Part shown: positions 11,308-25,000 of the stretch, piece by piece | Position numbering within the stretch: the first letter of the stretch is position 1 | Layout of the letters: each line of letters starts with the position of its first letter | Origin: Felis catus | Taxonomy: Eukaryota | Direction: 5' to 3' | Length of the DNA: 64,000 bases | Assembly: GCF_018350175.1 (NCBI RefSeq) | Contig: NC_058368.1 | Span: forward strand, 185,878,001 to 185,942,000 | Made by a program: the position numbers and the translations under genes | Notes under the pieces: model-generated | What the model was told of the DNA's origin: nothing | Databases searched by the model: none | What the model saw: the letters and a program-made list of their open reading frames with translations, nothing else

Positions 11308-14300
11308 GACAGCTGTTCTAACTTCAAGGAAATGAAGGAGAAAGGCTCATTTCAACTTTGGGCTTACACCACCTTCTCCAACATTGAGAAGCCCTTCATT
11401 TACTGAGTTAGAGAGGGGTGTTCAAGATTAATAAAGTGAAATTCTATTTCCCATTTGGATATTCATTCTTCATTCTATACTCCCCTAATCTTTCGGTCCC
11501 AGAGAGCAGAAGGTTTGAGGGGTACCCCCTTTAACGGCAAACATGCAACTGAAATGAGACTGTTTTTTTGGAATCCTCAGTACACTGTCATTACTGAGTG
11601 AAACCCCTCTTCATTTCACTTCCAATGTTAAGTATAAATCACTAACACTTTGGTAAAACAGATGTTGAAATTAGGCATTTTGAAAATACTGTGTCCTCAG
11701 CTTCCCTTGAACTCTAGGGGTCTTACCATAAGAAAGACTCTTTTGAAGGGTAGGAGACTTTGAAAATGCTACCTTGACTGTGCTCTGGGAGTTCTGGGAA
11801 AAAAAACATTATTAGTGACAAGAGTATTGTATAGAAAAGGGTTTTAAGCATTTATTTAAAGTAAAAGATTAATTATAAAGAGCTTTCTCACTGTGTACTC
11901 CTTAACTGGGACATTTGTAAGAGGTTACAAAACAACCCAGAAACTTTTCCAAAGATTTTGCATTCATGACAACATCCTACCAGGCTATAGAGTGTGAGGT
12001 TTCAATCTTCCTTGGTCATGTAAAGAAATTTCTGGTTGTTTCTGAAGAGCTAAATAAGTAGGGAGAGGTATCCTAATTTCAGAATCCTGAGAAAGCAATT
12101 ACTGCAAGGCTTCTGGGTTTTAAGAGAATTGCTTTTTAGGAAGGGAAAGAGGGAGAGGGAGTAGGAGGAGAGGGTGATGGGAAAATAATGATGAATCCTG
12201 TCAGTAAAAGTATATATACCTTTAGTTTATTACCAGGCTGTGCTTGACCAAAAGCCAAAATAAGTAATTTAAAGCTGTGTTTCATTTCACTCTATGACAA
12301 CCAAAATTTACTGAACAGAATACGCTAAACAAAATGTGGATGGAGAACAATTACACTTTGTCTCATGTAATTCATCTTTTTAGTTTTAAAGGAAATCCTA
12401 AGCATCGTCTTCCTAAGTCTTCCAATAAACTGGAAGGTTACCTCTTTCTAGTAATGTTTCTTGGCATCTGCTAGATTTAGTTATGGTTGAGCAATGCTGA
12501 GCCCATTGGCAAAGGATATAGATACTTGGCAACCTGAGATCACTGGCAGAATTGCTCAGCTGCTTTAATCAGATGGCTGTCTTCACTGTTTACCCAGCAC
12601 CTTGTCATCCTGATACCCTTGGAGTGACCCTGTTCTAGCTAGGGACCAAAGTATACATATCTTGTAAGGTTCATCTCAAGTACCTTTTCCTCTATGAAGC
12701 TGTCTCCTACTTCTTCATCCCACATGGACTTTTACATTTTCTTATCTCTTAGTTGCAAGGTGTCATTAGACTGATAGAACTTAACAATTAAATGACCTCC
12801 CATTAACTCAAGATAATCATCCTTGTACCCTGGATTTGAAGTTAACCTCTACCACTTATGAGTATGTGATATTCAGCAAACTACTTAATCTAAGTGATCT
12901 TTTATTTCTTTTTTATTCTTTCTTACATTAGTGTTTTTTGAAATTGCATTATATTTATATTTATTGCATTTAGTCCACTACTTGCACAACAATTTCTGGT
13001 TCTCATCTCCTTTTTCCATTCTCTTTTTCAGTTTCTTTTTGCCCTCAATGAACAAAAATACTAATTCATATATTCTAGTGCTGGGTAAACTGGATTCTTG
13101 ACAGACAGTTAAAATGTATTTGCAGATTAAAAGCTTAATGAAAAAGAGTAATGATATTTTCTCTAGAACAGTGGGTCTTGAAAAAAAGAACTAGGAAAAA
13201 GTAACCATGCTGTTTTAGTGATAGGCTATTTAAAAAGAAAAACAGATGGAAAAGCAAATGGTCAGCCTGAATTAGTATTATAACATTTGTGTCAAGAAGG
13301 TATAATCTAGAAGACTGGGCTTTCTTTGCCACTCTGTGAAGCTACCCCTGAACTAAATGCACTACTGCAGCCTAAAACAAATGTATGGTTAAGGGAAATC
13401 AATACAGTTAAGAATACACTTCAGAGTTTTAAAGAACTAAAATAGATCTGGAGGTTTTTAATATTGTTTTCGCCTTTAATAAATTGTCATGTTTATATGG
13501 AATCTGAAATTGAGACTCTTCTTCGTAATAGAACTCCCTTATCTTGTTTCCCTATAGAACAAATAATTTGGGGATAAATAATTTGTTAAGCTGCTTGTAT
13601 GAAAGGAAAGGCCCTGAAGGGGTCTGCTCAAGTAATGATGCTGGTCACTGAACTGCCCTTTTAAGGGGGTGAATAGTTAACTACATAGATTTAACTTGGC
13701 CAAGCAGGGTAAGTCATCAGGGGCCAGAGAAGACATGCTGGAAGAGGAGGTTTATTGGTTGCATGAGAAAAGAGCTGGCAAGGAGACTGAGACCATTGTG
13801 GCAGAGGGCAAAAGAAAAACTTACAAAGTGAACAAACATATCTAATCTGTATTTTTAGTAAGTGGTCAAAAACGTAACATGAGTCTTTTAGGTAACCTCC
13901 TTAACAAACCTTATTTCAACTCTGTAGGCACTCAGTCGTGAGGGGATTTGAAGCTGACATCCAAAGAAAGATGTGTCTGATATAGGAAAATCATGACTGT
14001 TGCAGTCTCCTTTATGTCTCTGTTTTTAGGTATGTGACAAAATGCTACTACTTCAAGGTCAGTGCAGTCAAAAGCAGAAGCTGACAGTGGGTGGACACCC
14101 AGTGCTAACAATAGTTTGCTAAGATCCAAGTGAAAAAGACAATATAGATGAACATTTTTATAGGCTATCTTCCCATGAGTACCTTCCCCAATATTCTTAC
14201 CTATCTTTTTGCCTTCTTTTCCATTGTGGGAGGCGTATTCTTTTTTATATTATTATAGTATAACTGGAGATGTTGATGATTACTATAATTATTGTAATAG

Positions 14301-14607
14301 TGTTACTTACTATGTGCTAGGTACTTTTGTAAGTATTTTCCATGTACTCAAATAATTCTTACCATTATTTATATCACCATGATCATCCACCCATGGGGTT
14401 TGGTCTTATACTAAAACCTATTTCCCACCCTCTCCTGTCTCACCAGGAAATCTATGAAATACACATACACACACACCAACAACCACCACTACCATCCAGA
14501 AGTACATTTCCCAAAGGTAGAGTTATTTGCTCCAGAATAATATCTTAGTAAGCTTTGGCACCTAAGATCCTGCACACAGACTAGCTGTTCAGACAGGCAT
14601 TAATTAA

Positions 14608-14667
14608 TGTAATTAATATTACTGTAATTAATATTACTGTAATTAATATTACAGTAATTAATATTAC
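14608..14667. repeat. 15-bp minisatellite (T/A)GTAATTAATATTAC x4
   Basis: Four contiguous units. Confidence 0.9.
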
Positions 14668-15131
14668 TGAGGAAGTTCACAATCTGAACATTAATGATTT
14701 CAATGAAAATATTAGACAAGAAATAAATTCTACAACCAAATCTTTGTTTTATATTTTATAACTTTAATATTCCTACAAAGAACTAAAAAGTGAAGTTATA
14801 AAAAACACATGATAGCAAACATCTCCCTGGTTCACAGTTTTGTTCTAAATTTTTTATCCTCAGTACTTTCAATTATTCATTCATTGAGTATTTTCTAAAG
14901 TTTTTCAATAAACTCAAATAAAATAAAGAAGTGTTTTAGTGGGAGGTGGAGCCTGACCTTATGTGAATCTCCTGAGTGACATAGTGACTCCTTAACAAAT
15001 AAAAAAGAAAGTTTCTGCTTTACTTCTAAGGATGAGCTTTAGTTATTTTATTATGATAGAAATAAGACAAGACATGGTAGAGATGTAAAAATACAAAACA
15101 AAAGGGATATGTGTTAAATAGAGACAAATTA

Positions 15132-15413
15132 GGGGTGTCTGGATGGCTCAGTCAAGCGTTAGACTCTTGATTTTGGCTCAGGTTATGATCTCAGGGTCAG
15201 GAGATAAAGCCCCACATTGGACTCCATACTGGGCTTGAAGACTGCTTAATATTCTCTCTCCCTCTCCCTCTCCCTCTCCCTCTCCCTCTCCCTCTCCCTC
15301 TCCCTCTCCCTCTCCCTCTCCCTCTCCCCTTCTCTCCCCCCTCCCTGCTTCCCTTCCTCCCTTCCTCTCTCTCTCCTTCCCTCTACTATCCCCCCTTGCT
15401 TGGATTCACACAA

Positions 15414-15451
<38 letters not shown>
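15132..15451 (+). mobile_element. CanSINE with (CTCTCC)n expansion and (TAAA)n tail
   Basis: 16-bp TSD AAATAGAGACAAATTA (15116-15131, 15452-15467). Confidence 0.95.
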
Positions 15452-15452
<1 letters not shown>

Positions 15453-15631
15453 AATAGAGACAAATTAAAAACCTTCTATGTAATAACAATAGCATTTATT
15501 TTGCATTTATTACATGCCAGGAACAATACATTGAAAACAGCTTATGATCTGAACAGGAACAAAATCTTTAGTGTGGAAATGGGAAATGTCCACCTTCTCA
15601 TACAGTAGCTACAATAGCCTTTTAAAGTCAG

Positions 15632-15850
15632 TGCCTAAGCAGGATGGCTCATTTGATTAAACGTCCACCTTCAGCTCAGGTCATGATCTCACAGCTCATG
15701 AGTTCAAGCCCCATGTCATGCTCTGTGCTGAAGCTCAGTGCCTGGAGCTTGCTTTGGATTCTGTGTCTCCCTGTCTCTCTGCCCACCCCCCCCAACTCCC
15801 CATTTGTGCTTTGTCTCTCTCACTCTCAAAAGTAAACATAAAAAATGTTT
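15632..15850 (+). mobile_element. CanSINE
   Basis: ggatggctca..ttcagctcaggtcatgatctcacag; flanks share AAGTCAGT. Confidence 0.9.
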
Positions 15851-16539
15851 TTTAAGTCAGTACATAGGATTAGTATTTTCTACAACCAACAGGGAGGGTG
15901 TCTGACTTGTTTGTTGAAATCTATCACTGGTGATTGAATGTGAGACTGGCAATACGTATCTTGAAACTGGACTAGGAACCAAAGAATGAAGACCAAATTT
16001 AGGATCTCTAGAGTTATCGAATAGAAAATTGTTCCTGGCTCCAGTCCTAGTATTTTTCTTGGCATCTGTTATTCTTCAACCATTGAATGTCTCCATTTAA
16101 AACTACCTGGCTTTAGTCCTCAAACACGTAATATCTAGCAATAATACTAGCTGTGCTAGATCAGTTTTACAGGGCTATAAAACGTTTCCTGATGGTTAAT
16201 TTTATTGTTTGGTGAGGTCTATGGTATTTTTGCGCTGCCATGATAATTCTACAGGAGAGATTAAAATCGACTCTGCTCATCCAATGCTACCCCTGGTGTT
16301 GAGGAGTAGGTCAGCTTAAATGTCTACAATATAGCCTCAGGAGAATTAGAAAGACCTAATAGAACATCTCTCACGGCACATGTGCACACACACACGGAAG
16401 GCAGGACGGAGGAGAATTCTTTAACTTCAATTCCTCCATAAGCGTTTTTCAGAAAGACTTTCATAGGTATTGCTGTTTGAAAAGTTGAAAAATAACCAAG
16501 TGGATGCATGTGAGTTGGTCCTCTTTTTGATTCATGAGC

Positions 16540-16952
16540 TATGCTGCACTGGATAGCTTTCTCATGCCCTCTAGATCATCTTTCTCTATCAGCCTGCTCT
16601 CTGCTTCCCACAGTATTGGCTGCGATTCTGGACCCTGTGCTCTCTTCCACTGAGTTGACAACTGGAAAGAAAGAAAGATGGTATTCAGGGTATTTATTCT
16701 TCCAACTCTGTGGCTTCTCCTTGGCCTGGCCGCATCCTTTTACTAAAGGTAACATCTCTTCTCCAGGTGGCCATCTCTACATGACTCTTGTTAAGAATTT
16801 CTGTAATTGCTCTGTCCACTCACCCCTTCAGGGGTGCAAACAGTTCTGGTGGTGATCCAGCCATATCTTTGTAAGTAGCTCCTTTATTAAAGTCCCTTGA
16901 GTTATCCTAATTTGAATGTGCCATCTGTTTCCTGCTAACACCAGACTAATAT
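16540..16952 (+). mobile_element. ERVL LTR (LTR33-like)
   Basis: 3' end cctttattaaa..ttgaatgtgccatctgtttcctgc..gactaata is typical of the LTR33/LTR16 group. Confidence 0.6.
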
Positions 16953-19396
16953 ATACATGACCAGATCTCAAAAATTAATAACACTAAGTAGCTTCTGATG
17001 ATTGAATAGCTTTGTTAGAATAATTCAGAAACTAACTGCAAAAGGTCCCTTCTATTTCATGTCATGGCCAGTATAGCAAGGATCTGCTAGCCTTCCTGGA
17101 TTGTTCTTCCAGTTAGATAATTTCATCATGTTCTTATTCTGGTTTTCAGAGTGTTTTCTAAAAGCAGTTCCTTCTGAAATGAAAAATAATTGAATAGCCT
17201 ACTTCATGCCTTCTTCTACTATACATAGGCCCCAAACACCATCCTTCACAATTTAAGTTATCTTTTCTCTCTTCCTTTTTCAGGGTCAGTTTCAATTTTT
17301 CCACCTGTGAAAAACCTTGCCAGATGGCACATTATCAGGATCTGTGCCACTCTTCTGTTCCTTTAGTACCTTTTATTTACACCAATACAGAGTGTACTAT
17401 AAAATGTTGAAATTGCCTATTTAATTGCTATCTACATCTACATATTTAATATGATATCCTTAAAGATAGGAATTTTATATTGTTTGTTCATCTATTATAT
17501 CTACCCTAGTGCCTGGCACACAGTAGGCATTTCAATATTGTGGGAAAACATCATGGACACAATAAGGTTGGATTGGGCTCACCTAGCATTATATCTACAA
17601 ACCAAACTATTGCCCTAGATTTGGGTAGACAGTGGGGATTATAGAACCCCCCAACCTCTAGGAAGTAATCTCTGAGACTTCTCATGATTTGTATAATAAT
17701 CAAATAATAGTGTGATGCCTGTGTGTTGAGGGTCAAGGCTGATATTGTGAATATAATTCATTGAACTGTTTAAACATCAGGGAAAGTATAAAGTTTAAAT
17801 AATTTTAAAATAAGGTGCTAATTTTATTATTACTGTTCTAAAAAGTATATCAGGACTGGTAGACCTTTCTACAATAGTATTTCACTGGGGACATACTATA
17901 TTTTCAAATCTCCACACAATATATTAAAATGTGCTTAATCCTTAATGGAATTTCTTCTTTCGATAGCTAAACAGTTCATTCTGGCATGCAGTTGTAAAAT
18001 TGCTTTCTCTTATTTAATTCACTTCAGGGAGAGCAAAAGAGCATGTATTCTAAGAACAATAACATTTTGCATTTAGATGATTTATTTTAAGAAATAGCCT
18101 ATAATACTTTGGACCTTGAAATTATCACATAAGTCCTTATGTACTTAAAGAATGTTTTAAAACCTCGTGAATATTTGAGTAAAAGGAATAAAAATGTAAG
18201 TAGAATGAATGAATGGATGAATGAATGAAGTTTATAGATGAAAATTTGAAACAGTGAGTCCTAGCAAGATGGCATCATGTAATTTACTGGGTCATATAGG
18301 AACAGAGTGAGACATTTATTTAGTATTGGATGAATGTTTAGACACCTCTTGAGTCCGGTACAATATCGATTGTGATAATGCTATACGCTTGAAATATTTC
18401 CAGCTGAAAAAAACCCACTAGAAAAAGCTTGCAATTTTTCTAGTGTTCTCTAAGACAATAGATACTATAATAATGCTAGATTCACATTTGCAAACATATA
18501 GTAAAGAAAAACACCTTAGTAAATCCCATGTGGTACAGATATAAGAATGCATAGTCCTACCCTTAAAGTGGAATAATCTTATCTGACAAACAGTAGTGTT
18601 TAATAATTACTTTTTGAATGAATAAAAAAGCAAGGAAATATCAATATCATTAATAACTAAAATATATTAATTACACCTAAGGGCCTAACATTATACATGT
18701 ATTTGCTTCATTTTTATTCTTATAGCTTTATACAATAGGTATTATTCAGTTTCACCAATTAGAAAACTAGAATTAAGGAAGCTGCTAGTTCTATTCAAGG
18801 AATAAAGTTTGGGAGCCATAGTACCATGGTTTGAACTCATGTCCATCTGAGCTCAAAGCTGTTGTTTTTTTTTTCCATAATCTAAATCAACCCTAGAGTG
18901 TTAGAAAGGGCCCATATATATAACTGGAGAGGTCCTAATAACTACCCAAATAGTAAGGAAAAGTAATTGTTGTCCAAAAGAGAGATTTGCTGCTACTTAG
19001 CAGTTTGGTGGAATGAGGTCGGTTTCAAAGTTTTAAAAAAAAGAATAATGATGAAAGCAGCTAATTGCCTCTCACTAGCTTACTCCAGGATGTTAGGTTC
19101 TCTAATAAGAATCTGCCTTGATCACAGGTATAAAAAAATAACTAATTACAATAATCAGTGCGACCCTTTCAGCTGAGTATAGCAAAGGAGACTGGTTGAA
19201 AGGAAGAAAAATGACGTTAATTTTGATGTATCTCTACTCATCTTCTTCACTCATTTTAGCAGAAATATCTCTTCCTTCCATTATACAGTGTGCAAGAAGC
19301 CATCAAGTTGGGTGATGCTCAGTAAAATTAGGGTGGCAACAGGGAGGGAGATAAATGGCAGTCAGCAGGAGTCTCTACAAGGCCCCAAGATGATGC

Positions 19397-19825
19397 CATG
19401 TAGCTGGGAAATCTGCAGAAGAGGTGATGTTCAACTTGTTGCTAGAAGCCATTGAATTGGTTAAAAGACAGGTTATTACAATCACCTTTGAAGAAAATGA
19501 GCCAAACTGCTGAAATATCCATGACATCTGAGGCAGTTGTGGGTATAGCTGGCGAAGAAGTAACTTAGGAGTCTTGGTTTGTTGCCCAGCATGAGTTAAG
19601 GAATTGAAAATCACTGCTGAGCTGGAACAGCATTTGGGTATCTTCTGAAAAAATTAGCACTAATAAGAACCAGCAGTAGAAGATAAGTGCATTTGGAGGC
19701 ATGCCTACTGGCTCAGATTTACTCTCACAGTAGACACAGGATGTAAGATGTGGCAAAGAAATTGTAGACAGGAAAATTGGGTTGACAATGTGGTTGATAC
19801 AACTTGACAGTGATGATAGTGAATA
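19397..19825 (+). pseudogene. Possible decayed Tc1/mariner-type transposase fragment
   Basis: Stop-interrupted frame HVAGKSAEEV..FEE..SCG..KITAELEQHLG..W..ENWVDNVV, followed by DSDDS in another frame; resemblance judged by eye only. Confidence 0.35.
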
Positions 19826-20789
19826 GAAATGCTGATTTTATTTTAATAGAAATTACCTTTTTAAGTGCCAAATATATGTTGATTATAATTTAAGTAAGTT
19901 CTGTTGCCATTAAATTCATGTTTTGAATATGTGTTAAGGTCAGTAATTACTGGGTTGGAAGATGCCCTCCTTCTTCCTAAAAATATAACAGTGCCTGATT
20001 GCAGAGGTTTTTTTTTTTAATTATTTTTTCAGGAGAATTAATTTAATAAATTTATTTGAAATCACCCTGTGAGCTTTGCAAGGTAAAGAATCATTTCTCA
20101 TTATTCTCCCCTCAAAGTCTGACACAGTGTTCAACATGTAATAAATATTGATAATGTATATTTGTTGATGAAATATATGATTAAAATATCTGATACATCA
20201 CCAAACCAGGGGTAAGTTGGATAATTCCTTTTGAATTTTAGTGAACTTTATAGCTAATGACTTTAAGAACTCATCCATTAGCAACATCATAATATCCAGG
20301 AATGGAATACATTCCCAATGTCTTTCCCCCTGCCTCCCATAAATGTCTTACAAGGTGTTTAATTATTTTAGATTCTGTTCTCAGGGGGATGGTGCCCTTT
20401 TTCCTTTTCCTCCTTTTCCTATACTTTCTTAACATTTATTGAACCCTTACTGTTAACCATGTTGTATGTTAATCTCTTTATTTGCAGTGCCTCCTTTAAT
20501 TTTCAAACAACCATATGTGGAAGGTTCTGTTGTATCTAAACAAGTGATAAGACAGTCCATGTTTGGGAAAATTAAGTACCAGTCCATGGTAAAGCATTCA
20601 TAAATGGCATATTAGACTAAAAACCAGGACCATCAAAGTCCTTCATCATATTTATTATGCAATTGCCTACTCTCTAGGTTTCTTGGGGTAACTCTTTCCT
20701 ACAACACAGTGATAGACATGGCTTCAGTTTCAGTCTTCATTTGTTTGTGTACAACCTTCATATTTTTTTGTATGTATTATCAATACTGC

Positions 20790-21000
20790 AATTAGTTAAC
20801 ACTAACATACAGTGCCTACACTATTTCTGTCACTGTTCTGAGAATTTATTTGTATTAACAACTTTAATCCTCCAGTAATCCTATAGGTAAATATTAGTAT
20901 CCCTATTTTTTACAAGCTGAGGCCCAAAGAAATTAAGTGACAGAGTTAGAATTTATGCTAGAATCTGACCCCAGAGTTTAATTTCTTAAATATTATACAA
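20790..21000 (-). mobile_element. MIR SINE
   Basis: tttaatcctccagtaatcctataggtaaatattagtatccctattttttaca..ctgaggcccaaaga. Confidence 0.75.
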
Positions 21001-21062
21001 TATTATTATTCAGTATTACCAAAGTACTAAATACTTTTCTTAAATAGATTCACTATGCATTA

Positions 21063-21163
21063 TCAGTGCAGAGTTCAAGGTTCCATCTCATGAACCAGGA
21101 GATCATGGCCTGGGCTGGAATCAAGAGTCAGACTCTTAACCAAGTGAGCCACTCGGGTGCCCC
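21063..21163 (-). mobile_element. CanSINE fragment (5' half only)
   Basis: gagatcatggcctgggctggaatcaagagtcagactcttaacc..gagccactcgggtgcccc; no tail. Confidence 0.85.
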
Positions 21164-21527
21164 ACAAGACCTTTTTATTCTAGACCACAGTCATGTGGAT
21201 ATGTATTGCCTACTCCTTAAAATAATTTTGGCACACACCAACTAATCCTTTACAAATCTCTTTCCCACTGAGCCCGGGTAAGACAGCTGAATTTTTCTTA
21301 GTGTATAACTCTGGGAATTTAATATGCATATAACAAAATTGGTATGAAAGAAGAATTTACATTGACAGAAAAGCATCGACGTTTAGATCCAACTCTGCTA
21401 TAAATTACTGTGTTACTTTAGGCTAGATTTTTAATTCTTAAATGTATCAGTTTCTCCTGTACAGTGATTCATGTGGTTAAGTTTATGATCAATTTGGGTT
21501 CTAGAAATTTTTTCTGTATTCTTTTAG

Positions 21528-21940
21528 GTGATGGTCACTCATGCGTGACCACAAGCGAGGACAAAAGAGGGGTTTAGAAAAACAAAGGCTATTATACTCA
21601 CAGGTCCTAAAGTCATTGCATGCCAAAAGGGAAGTCACACAGGAGAAGTGCCAACCAAGAAGCCAGCTCAACCAATTTAGATAGAAAATAGAGAGTAAGG
21701 GCCTGTGAGCAGGTGCCTTTACTAACGGTCAGAGTGGAGCACAAAAGGAAAGGCCTGAGACAATTTCACTGGTGTGTTCAAATGTTACTAGGTCATGGTT
21801 AGGGGGGATCAGGAAGAACTTTTAGCAGGGGCCAACTTTATCATTCTGGTTCATCTGATCACTTGTGTAAGGTGCTCACAGCATGCTTGTGGGAATGCTG
21901 AAGCAGCAGGAAAGAAGAAGAAATAAATAATAACTTTAAA
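21528..21940 (-). mobile_element. ERVL-class LTR (MER76-like)
   Basis: Begins TGATGGTCACTCATGCGTGACCAC..TTATACTCACAGGTCCTA, as recalled for MER76. Confidence 0.5.
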
Positions 21941-22046
21941 AATACCATACAAAATTAGTTTCTCCCATCCCTCACATATCCTTGCTCCCAATCCTTGCAC
22001 CAAATTCTGATAAAAAAAATTAAGGCTATAAAAGTTATATCTACAC

Positions 22047-25000
22047 TCTACAATAACCAAAGGAGACTTCGATATCTCACTTACAAAAACATATAGAACA
22101 CCCAGACAGAAGGTCAATATGGAAATAGAGGACTTAAACAACACTAGAGACCAATTGGATGTAACAGACTTATACAGAACTGTCCACCAGAGAATTTCCA
22201 CCAGAAAAAGCATTTCCCTTGAGTGAACATGGAATATTCTCCAGGATAGACCACATGTTAGCCAATAAAGCAAGTCTTACTTAAGAAGAATAAAGTCATA
22301 CAAAATATCTTTGTGATCAGAATGGAATGAAAATAGAAATCAATAACAAAAGAAAAAGTAGAAAATCCACAAATATGTAGAAATTAAACAGTGCACTCTT
22401 AAACTACCATTGGGTCAAAGAATACGCTAAAAGGGAAATTAGAAAATATCTTGAAACAAATGAAAATGAAACACATTGGAACTTATAGGATGCAGAAAAA
22501 ACAGTGTAAAGAGGGAAATTTATAGTTATAAATCTTATATTAGAGAAAAAGGTCTTCTATTGTCAACCTAACTTTACACCTTAAAGAACTGAGAAAACAA
22601 CAAAGTGAACCCAAAACTAGCAGAAAGAAAAAAATAAAGATTAGAGAAAAGATAAACAAAATAGAGAATAGAAACGTATAGAGAAAATCAATAAAACCAA
22701 CATTGTATCTTCAAAAATAGCAACAAAATTGACAAATCTTTACTTAGACTAAGAAGAAAACAAAATTAACACAACTGACATCAGAAATGAAAGAGGGAAG
22801 ACTACTATTATTTTGATAAATATATAAAGGATTGTAAAAGAATACTATGAACAACAAATTGAGTAATCTAAACGGACAATTCCTAGAAACAAACCTACCA
22901 AGAATAAATTGTAAAGAAATAGAAAATCTGAACAGACCTAAAACTGGTAAGAGAATTAATCAGAATTCAAATACTACCCAACAAAGAAAATTCCAGGACT
23001 ACATGGCTTCACAAGTGAATCCTACCAAATGTTAAAAGAGCAAATAAAACTAATCTTCCACAACTCTTTCCAAAAGTCGAAGGGGAGGAAATACTTCCAT
23101 ACTCATTTTATGAGGCCAGCATTACTCCAATACCAAAACCACACAAAGACACTACTAGGAAAGAAAACTACAGATCAGTATTCCTTATAAACATAGATGC
23201 ACAAATCCTCAATAAAATACTAGCAAACCTAACTCAAAGGTATACTAAAAGGATTATACACCTTGACAAAGTGGAAGTTATTCCTGGAATGCAGGGTATT
23301 TCACATCTGAAAATCAATCAAGATAATACATTACATAACAGATTGAAAACAAAAAAACCCAGAATCATAATGCAGAAAAATATATGACATCATTCAACAG
23401 CCTTTCATGATAAAAACATTCAAAACACTAGAAATTGAAGGAAATTATCTCTACATAATGAATACCATTTATGAAAAGCCCACAGCTAGCATCATACTCA
23501 ATGGTGAAAGATTATAAAAAAATAGGGTGTTCATCTTGACCACTTACATTCAACACAACACTGGAAGTCCTACTCAGAGAAGTTAGGCAAGAAAAAGAAA
23601 TAAAAAACATTCAAAATGGAAAGGATGAAATAAAATATCTGTTTGCAGATGACAGCATATTTTATGAGGAAAACCCTAAAAAAAACCCAAAAACCCAAAC
23701 CTAAACTGCCCCCAAAAACCTCTTAGAATTAATAATGAATTCATCAGAGGTAAACGATACAAATTCAGAACACAAATTAAGTTGTTTTTGTATAGTAACA
23801 ACAAACAATCTGAAAGGGCAATTAAAAAATAATTCTAGTTAAAAATAACATCAGAAATAATAAAATACATATGAGTAAATTTAACCAAGAATGTGAGACT
23901 TGTACACTGAAAAGCACAAAAACTTTCTGAATAAAATTAAAGAAGACAACAATAAATGGAGAAACATCCCGTATTTATGGACTGGAAGACTTCATATTCT
24001 TAAAATGTCAGTACTGTCTAAAGTGATATACATATTTATATAATCCCTTTTAGAATCCCAACAGTGATTTTTGCAGTAACAGAAAAATCCATCCTAAAAT
24101 CATATAAATCTCAAAGGACCCCAAACAGCCAAAACAATCTTGAGAAAGAATAACCAGCTGAAGGTCTCACACTTGCTGATTTCAACACTTATTATAAAGC
24201 TATAGTAATCAGTGGCGCCTGGGTGGCTCAGTCGGTTAAGCCTCCGACTTCGGCTCAGGTCATGATCTCGTGGTCCGTTAGTTCGAGCCACGCGTTGGGC
24301 TCTGTTCAGAGCCTGAAGCCTGTTTCAGGTTCTGTGTCTTCCTCTCTCTCTCTGACCCTCCCCTGTTCATGCTCTGTCTCTCTCTGTCTCAAAAATAAAT
24401 AAACGTTAAAAAAAAAAAAAACAATTTTAAGCTACAGTAATCAAAGTAGTTTGATACTGTCATAAAGATAGATGTGTAGACCAATATAATGAAGATCTCA
24501 GAAATATATATATTTATACATATATATAGATATATATAGTTAAGTGATTTTAAACAGTGTTGCTAATTCAGTGAGGGAAAGACAATCTTTTGAAACAAAT
24601 GATGCTGGGAAAACTGGAAAAAAATTAAGATGGACCTTTACTATACACTATATGTAAAAAATAACTCAAAATGGATAGAACAGATAAGCACAAGAGCTAA
24701 AACTATAAGGCTTTTAGGAGAAAACATGAAAAAAGCTTCACATTGCATTTAACAATGATTTCTTGGATATGACACCCAATACAGTCAACAAAAGAAAAAG
24801 AGATAAATTGGATTACATCAAAATTAAAAACTTTTGCCTATTAAAAGACAACCAACAGAGTGGAAGTCAATGTAGGGAACTGGATAAATTATTTTCCAAT
24901 TTTGTATCTGGTAAAAGGTTAATATCCATGGTATATAAAGAAGTATACAATTCAGCAATAACCCAATTAAAAATGGGCAAATAACTTGAATAGACATTTC

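Noticed and set aside
13928..14130. Possible exon after acceptor-like sites
   Set aside because: The frames I checked stop early, there is no recognisable product, and splice motifs alone are common.
14608..14667. CRISPR-like array
   Set aside because: The units are contiguous with no spacers, and the context is mammalian.
18416..18445. 11-bp-arm hairpin CACTAGAAAAA..TTTTTCTAGTG, and a 9-bp-arm palindrome at 39328-39346
   Set aside because: Short and partly low-complexity; plausible by chance in 64 kb, with no supporting context.
19607..19645. ITAELEQHLGI resembling the DHX8 N-terminus (processed pseudogene)
   Set aside because: The similarity does not extend on either side.
21851..22273. 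Longest ORF in the window (140 aa, minus strand)
   Set aside because: Runs antisense across L1 and LTR fragments; no recognisable protein.
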